Shown here: positions 63,818 to 64,000 of the stretch, in pieces
Layout of the letters: every line of letters starts with the position of its first letter
How positions within the stretch are numbered: position 1 is the first letter of the stretch
Source: Acidobacteriota bacterium
GTDB taxonomy: Bacteria > Acidobacteriota > UBA890 > WLXD01
DNA length: 64,000 nt
NCBI GenBank assembly: GCA_963666215.2
Contig: CAXWPL010000005.1
Coordinates: 1,184,001-1,248,000, forward strand
Reading direction: 5' to 3'
Position numbers and translations under genes: made by a program
Notes under the pieces: generated by a model
The model's input: the letters and a program-made list of their open reading frames with translations, nothing else
Database searches by the model: none
What the model was told of the DNA's origin: nothing

Positions 63818-64000
63818 GGCCCGAGTTTACTGTCCACAGTCTCCGCGAGTCTTCGTGAGCCGCCAGCGGTCGTGCTCGGCCTGCTTCTTGCCAGGTGATC
63901 TGCGGGCTTTTCGGTCCCAGAGGGCCCCGCCGTTGGACATCTCGGGACGCCGTGGCTATCATGGCGCCGGGCCAATTGTTGGGAGGCACTTTGGCAATAC

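Noticed and set aside
63818-64000. Partial gene or structured RNA at the window end
   Set aside because: No recognisable motif or convincing ORF in the 180 bp available

Overview
GC-rich bacterial chromosomal segment, most likely from an Acidobacteriota member (inferred from the PadR + ADOP-type MacB-like permease pair and two further ADOP fragments). It is mostly catabolic and housekeeping genes. These include many peptidases and amidases (S10, S41 tricorn, M19, S45, two M16, M43, gluzincin), modABC, msrA, nitrilase, diaminopropionate ammonia-lyase, a tkt-pgi-zwf-pgl cluster, a heterodimeric ABC exporter and one IS3-family element carrying a nonsense codon. I saw no rRNA, tRNA or CRISPR array. 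Five genes are split by six single-base indels that resemble long-read errors, and three abrupt gene-fusion or deletion junctions involve ADOP permeases. The best candidates for unexplained biology are: (1) a POTRA-less Omp85 barrel translationally coupled to a signal-peptide-bearing protein with atypical kinase motifs; (2) a histone-H1-like tail fused to a degenerate nucleotidyltransferase-like domain, followed by a degenerate DUF429-like nuclease; (3) a membrane-anchored kinase-like protein lacking the catalytic Asp; (4) recurrent low-complexity in-frame insertions in conserved enzymes. All family calls come from reading motifs by eye; no database searches were run.
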